Source of the DNA: Phyllobates terribilis
Taxonomy: Eukaryota
DNA: 64,000 bases
Assembly (NCBI RefSeq): GCF_046119375.1
Contig: NW_027362765.1
Coordinates: 87,110,001 to 87,174,000 of the forward strand
Direction: 5' to 3'
A model generated the notes under the pieces. That model was given only the letters and a program-made list of their open reading frames with translations, was not told where the DNA came from and ran no database searches. Position 1 is the stretch's first letter; each line of letters starts with the position of its first letter. This document shows, in pieces, positions 58,264 through 64,000 of this stretch. Both the position numbers and the translations under genes were made by a program.

Positions 58264-59982
58264 ATGGCCCACTTCATTCCCCTGCCTGGTCTCCCATCTG
58301 CACCCGAGCTGGCTAAAGACTTTATCTGCCACATCTTCCGTCTCCATGGCCTGCCCCTCCACATCGTGTCGGATCGTGGGGTTCAGTTCACCTCACGCTT
58401 CTGGAGAGACACATGTAAGCTGCTTGACATCACCCTGGACTTCTCCTCCGCTTACCACCCACAGTCCAATGGTCAAGTGGAGCGGATCAATCAGATCCTG
58501 ACCAGTTACCTCCGGCACTTCGTTAATGCACACCATTCGGACTGGGTGGATCTCCTACCATGGGCCGAGTTCTCTTACAATAACCATGAGAGCGAATCCT
58601 CTTCCAAATCCCCGTTCTTTATAGTCGGTGGCCGACATCCCCGGATTCCACTTCCTGTCTCCGTTTCTGTGGACAACCCTGCTGCGGAGTCTCTTGTCAG
58701 CGAATTTTCTACTATTTGGGAGAGTACCAGGTCCGCTCTTCTTCTGTCCTCTGAGCGGATGAAGAGATATGCTGATAAGAGACGTCTGGATCCGCCTCAA
58801 TTCCGTCCGGGAGACAAGGTTTGGCTCTCGTCCAAACAATTGCTGCTCAAAGTACCCTCCTTCAAGTTGGGCCCTCGATTCATCGGTCCCTTCGTAGTCC
58901 TCAGGCAAATTAACCCTGTGGCCTACAAATTAAAACTCCCGGCCACCCTACGGATTCCCAACTCCTTCCACGTATCTCTCCTCAAACCCGTTGTCTTTAA
59001 CTCTTTTTCCAATAATCCAGGTGCCCCTCCTGCTCCGGTTTCCGCTGACGACGTCTTTGAGGTAGAGAGTATTCTGGCCTCCAAGAGGGTAAGAGGAAAA
59101 ACCTTTTTTCTGGTGGATTGGAGGGGGTTTGGTCCTGAGGAGAGAACTTGGGAACCCAGGGAGAACATCAACGCCCCGCTTCTCCTTGAAAAATTTCTTT
59201 CTGGCCAAAAAAAGAGGGGGCCTAAAGGGGGGGGTACTGTAGCATCGGCGTCTCTGCCCCGTACTAGGCAGAGACGCCGTCCCTCTCACCTCCCCGCTCC
59301 AGGCGCGGCGTCCTCCAGCGCTTCTCTCCCCGCTGCTTCCGGCACGCGCTCCTTCCCCGGTAGTGTGCTTAGGGCGCGCGCGCGCTCCCCCTCTCTTAAA
59401 GGGACCGCGCGCGCCGTCCTAAGGAGTCCCCGGCCAATTGCCGGAGGACCTCCCATATATAAGGCACCTCCTCCAAAATGGAGGTGCCCGAGCAATGTTG
59501 TTGCAAAGCCTTCACTCTGCTTCAGCCCTCAGGTCCCGTTACCAGTTACCTGCCAGTCACCTGCCAGATTCCTGCTTGTTACCTGCCAGTCACCTGCCAG
59601 ATTCCTGCTTGTTACCTGCCAGTCACCTGCCAGATTCCTGCTTGTTACCTGCCAGTCACCTGCCAGATTCCTGCTTGATACCTGCCTGATATCCGCTTAC
59701 CTGCTTGCAAGCCTGCGGTCCGACGGTCTGCCTTCCGACACCTGTCAGTCTGTCTATGGACCAGCCTGCCCGCTCACCTGGGAGCGCTCACCTACTACCT
59801 GTCTGCTAGCCTACCTGGAGGCTCCGCCGTCACGTGCTGTGACCACCTGCCTGTCCAGAGACTCTTGCCCGCTCACCTGGGAGCGCTCACCTGCTACCTG
59901 CCTGCTAGCCTACCTGGAGGCTCTGCCGTCACTTGCCGTGACCACCCGCCTGTCTAGAGACTGTCCCCGTCACTTGACGTGA
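58264..59982 (+). pseudogene. Integrase core, GPY/F and chromodomain, frameshifted from upstream pol; the frame continues into the 3' LTR
   Basis: MAHFIPL, VSDRGVQF, GQVERINQ, GPRFIGPF, FEVESIL...FLVDWRGFGPEERTWEP. Confidence 0.88.
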
Positions 59983-60122
59983 CCTCCTGCCCTTCTACCC
60001 AGAGACTGTCCCCGTCACTAGCCGTGACTACCTGCCCGCCTTCCCTGGGAGCCACCCGCTTCCTTACAAGGACTGCCCCCTTGTATAGTTGCTCAGAGGT
60101 TCCACCTCCCAGACCCGTTACA
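59238..60122 (+). repeat. 3' LTR (885 bp)
   Basis: Follows the PPT; four 33-bp internal repeats; otherwise about 99% identical to the 5' LTR. Confidence 0.96.
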
Positions 60123-61249
60123 GGTACTTGGTCTATCCGTGAAAAACATGGATAGTATTAGTAAGTGAAAAATGGACTCTGAATGAGCCCTAAGGTGTTG
60201 AAAATACAATTGGTGTGGCATGCTTATCATGAATGATTCGAAAATTTTTAAATGGCGTCTATCTTTATTTAGAGCTATGTTACCTGCTCGATTGAGTGGT
60301 AGCCTGGATTATATGTGGCGGCCAACACTCACATTAACAATAATTCTAGTTTTTACAAAACTACACCATGTTAATTTTTTGGATACATCTATAGTGCCCC
60401 CACAGCAGGTACTGTACATCACATCTTGTACTTCTCACCAATCTCGTTAACTCATATCCAGGGTATAGAGAAGTTTAATCCCCCATAAGGAGGAGGTGAC
60501 CTGAACGCAAACTCTTTCATAAATATCCTAAGGTCTCAACTAGTGATGAGCGAGCATGCTCGCAACTGCTCAGTGCTCGCCCAAACATCTCACTGCTCGA
60601 CAAGCTCGGCGCTCGGTGAGTATTTCCACGGTTGCTCGGTGGGAGCTCGGGTCTCCTCCCTGCATGTTTGGCGCTCTTTAGAGTGCCAATCAACAAGCAG
60701 GGATTGCCTGCCACTCATTGTAATGCCGCAGCCATGTTGGTTGTGGCATTACAGTGATTGGCTGGCCGCACAGGGTCATCAGGTCTATATCAGACCTGGC
60801 GCCGCCATGCTCGTCACAGTCACTCCGGAATCAGGCAGTGTAGGGAGGGGTGCTGCTGAGCTAGGGAGAGATTTGCTTGTTCCTAGTTAGTGTAGGTATA
60901 CCAGACTATATTAGAGACACATATACATTTCAACAAACAAACATTCCTTCTGAGGACTAATCCAGCTGCAGAGATATCAGGCAGGCAGTGCATATAGGCT
61001 GGCTGGCAGGGTATATAGCAGACTGCAGTGCACATAGCAAGAGGGTCCATTCCAGTTCTATCTGCTGGTGCTTTTACAGATATTTGTAGAAATAGGCCCA
61101 GGTATCAGGAGCCAGGAATATATATATATTTTTATCTTAATCCTGATTATTTGCTTAAAAAGCAATCCAGAGAACAGCTTATCTGAGCTATTTGCTTGTT
61201 GGCAATGCAGAATACAGCCAGGTCCTTTCCATATTACAGCGCTAAAAAT

Positions 61250-61920
61250 CCAGCTATTTAAAACTGTGGTTTGTCTGTCACACGGATCATATATAATTGC
61301 GCTAAAAATATTGCCATTTCTGCCCTCCATTAAAATTTTGTTGCAGTGTGTCAGTGAACTGATTGACACTAGGTCGGCACTGTTAAAAATAGTTACCTAC
61401 AGGCCAGCTATTTAAAACTGTGGTTTCTCCGTCACACGGATCACATATAATTGCGCTGAAAATATTGCCATTTCTGGCCTCCATTTAAATTTTGTTGCAG
61501 TGTGTCAGTGGACTGATTGACACGAGGTCGGCGCTGTTAAAAATAGTTACCTACAGGCCAGCTATTTAAAACCGTGGTTTGTCCATCACACGGATCACAT
61601 ATAATTGCGCTGAAAATTCTGCCATTTCTGACCTCCATTAAAATTTTGTTTCAGTGTGTCAGTGAAGCTATTGACACCAGTTTGCTGTTAAAAATAGTTA
61701 CCTACAGGCCAGCTATTTAAAACTGTGGTTTGTCCGTCACACAGATCACATATAATTGCGCTGAAAATTCTGCCATTTCTGGCCTCCATTAAAATTTTGT
61801 TTCAGTGTGTCAGTGAAGCTATTGACACCAGTTTGTTGTTAAAAATAGTTACCTACAGGCCAGCTATTTAAAACTGTGGTTTGTCCATCACACAGATCAC
61901 ATATAAATTCGCTCCAAATT
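61250..61920 (+). repeat. ~152-bp subterminal tandem repeat of the hAT (~4.4 copies)
   Basis: ccagctatttaaaa(c/a)(t/c)gtggttt recurs at 61250, 61404, 61558, 61709 and 61860. Confidence 0.9.
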
Positions 61921-61964
61921 CAGCCATTTGTAGTGAGCGTGGAAGATATTGTCCTCCATTTAAA

Positions 61965-64000
61965 ATGGGCAAGACACGTGGCAAGGGACGGGGAACTGGA
62001 CGTTATGGTGATGGTGCATGCAGAGGCCGAGGCCGTGGGCAAGCTGAAATTGTGCCACAACAAACACCCACATCTTCTCGCTCGACCTTCCTGTCCCAAT
62101 TAATAGGGGACTGCAGAATACCACTATTGAAAACAGAGCAGTGTGAAAAGGTTATTGGTTGGATAGCAGATAATGCTTCCAGTCACTTAGCCACCACCAC
62201 CACCACCCTGCTTCCACACAGTCAAGTCTCAGTAGCCGTGAGTCTGGACCGCATATTCCTCACCCTGATCCTCTTTCCTCCCACCATGCCGAGTGTCCAG
62301 AGACAACTGATCCCACACTTGGACACTCTGAAGAGCTGTTCACTTTTCCATTTATAGATTCGGGCCTCTCGCCTGGTCCACTTGAAGCAGGGCAAGAGGA
62401 GATCGCATGTAGCGATGCCCAAATATTTGAGCAGCCACGATCATAGAAAAGCGGCGGTGGGAAAGTGTCACAAGAGGTGGACGATGATGAAACACAATTG
62501 CCAGAAAGTCAGGAGGAGGACCAGGTTGCGGAAGTGGAAGACAAGGTGGTGGATGATATAGTAACTGACCCAACCTGGCAGGAGGACATACAGAGCAAGG
62601 ACAGCAGCACACAGGGGGAAGGAGGCAGAGCACCCCAACAGGCAGGAAGAAGCAGTGTGGTGGCCGCAGACAGAAGGCGGGCAACCATTGCCCATTAACA
62701 CCAACATGACGGAAGTTACCAGGAAGTTAGGTCTTCCTGAGTCTGGTTGCTTTTTAAAGACTCTGTCGATAACCCCAAAAAGGCCATTTGCACCACCTGC
62801 CAGGCCAGCATCAGCAGGGGTAGCAAAATTACCAGCCTGACCACCACTAGCATGATCAGCAAAAGGCAGCAAAGCACCTGAGTTTGTGGGCCAAACCCCA
62901 GGGTCCAGGAACAGTGTCTGCGGGTGACACCACTGCTTCTTCTGCTGTTGTGCATGCAAGCCAATCCCCTGCCCATAGTGCATATGATGATGCCTCCTGT
63001 CCTGCACCTGTCGTTGCTCACTCTCAACTAGCACCATCAGCAAGCATGTCCTTGTCCCAGTGCAGCGTTCAGTTGTCCATACCCCAGTCCTTGTAACGCA
63101 AGCGCAAATATGCAGCCATCGTCCCACAGGCCACACTACTAAATTCCCACATTTTGCGACTGCTTGCGCTCGAAATGTTGCCTTTTACGCACTCGGTCCC
63201 CAGCCGCCACTATTTTTCCCGGTGTGCCGTCCCCGCATTACACAAGCACATGTCCCACAACATTAGCCATGCCCTCAACAATGCAGTTACAGGGAGAGTC
63301 CACCTAACCACAGACACGTGGACAAGTGCTTGTGGGCAGGGACAGTACATCTCACTGACGGCACACTGGTTAACATAGTGGAAGCAGGGACCCAGTCGGA
63401 CCTTGGGACAGAACACATCCTCCCGATGCCGAGGATTGCTTGCCCTAGGTCAATCAGGGTTGCCCCCACAGTCTACAGCTCCTGCACCTCATCCTCCTCC
63501 TCTTCAGCCTCCATCTCCGAAATGACCAAATCAGTCACAAGCTGGAAGCACTGCAGCACTGCCTCGGCCAAGCGGCAACAGGCTGTGCTGAAGCTAATAT
63601 GCTTAGGTGACAAACCGCACAATGCTGAAGAGCTGTGGACAGCTCTGGAAGAGCAGGCAGATCTGTGGCTGACACCGCTGAACATACAGACAGGCATGGT
63701 CGTGTGTGACAATGGCCGGAACCTGGTGGTGGCTCTGAGGCGAGGCGAGCTCACACATGTACCATGCCTGGCCCATGTGATTAACCTCGTGGTTCAGCGG
63801 TTTCTCAAAATCTACCCGGAGCTGTCGGATCTGCTTGTCAAAGTACGCCGCCTGTGCGCCCATTTTAGAAACTCAGCTACGGCTTCTGCCGCCATTGCCG
63901 TGCTTCAGCAGCGTTTGCAGCTTCTGGTTCACCGACTGGTGTGTGATGTCCCCACGCATTGGAACTCTACAGTGCAGATGTTGGGAAGGATTTGTGAGCA
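61965..64000 (+). pseudogene. hAT transposase remnant (BED finger, DDE)
   Basis: RG-rich start MGKTRGKGRG, AICTTC (BED), VHLTTDTWTS, VCDNGRNL, PCLAH, CDVPTHWNS; multiple stops and frameshifts. Confidence 0.87.

Larger units (their letters stand above)
54217..60122 (+). mobile_element. Full-length Ty3/Gypsy chromovirus (Tf1/Sushi group) with GGTAC target duplication
   Basis: GGTAC|TG...CA|GGTAC; two LTRs, gag, PR-RT-RH-IN-chromodomain, PPT AAAGGGGGGGG at 59224-59234. Confidence 0.97.
53935..60190. mobile_element. Harbinger-like MITE (~345 bp) split by the LTR retrotransposon
   Basis: TAA|GGGCTCATTCAGA (53935) ... TCTGAATGAGCCC|TAA (60190); 13-bp TIR, TAA target duplication. Confidence 0.8.
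60541..64000 (+). mobile_element. hAT DNA transposon, decayed, truncated by the window edge
   Basis: TAGTGATGAGCG terminus, subterminal repeats and hAT transposase motifs downstream. Confidence 0.85.

Noticed and set aside
55047-59237. Domesticated PEG10/RTL-like host gene
   Set aside because: Both LTRs, the PPT, the target duplication and integrase are present and the LTRs are ~99% identical, which indicates a recent transposon insertion.

Overview
Vertebrate genomic DNA, most likely a frog (inferred from the transposon and MITE content and the survivin type). It carries a conserved gene block: the last 4 coding exons of AFMID (+), a complete 4-exon BIRC5/survivin (+), a complete 7-exon threonine aldolase THA1 (-, 399 aa, two consecutive GC-AG introns) and SOCS3 (-, single coding exon, 5'UTR intron, STAT-site promoter). 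This matches the human 17q25.3 order from memory, except that no TMEM235 is seen. Between and inside these genes are a ~10.5 kb 48-bp satellite built from degenerate telomere hexamers, a 5.5 kb TG/TA minisatellite containing assembly gaps, several other minisatellites, two decayed Tc1 elements (one a fold-back DD38E, one DD34E), MITEs and a V-SINE. A near-intact Tf1/Sushi-type chromovirus (54217-60122) has a 5-bp TSD, a -1 frameshift signal and a self-priming site that is mutated in the 5' LTR. A decayed hAT element runs off the right edge. The very long ORFs in the supplied track over the satellites are repeat artefacts. All coordinates, counts and orthologue comparisons were made by eye or from memory, with no database searches.
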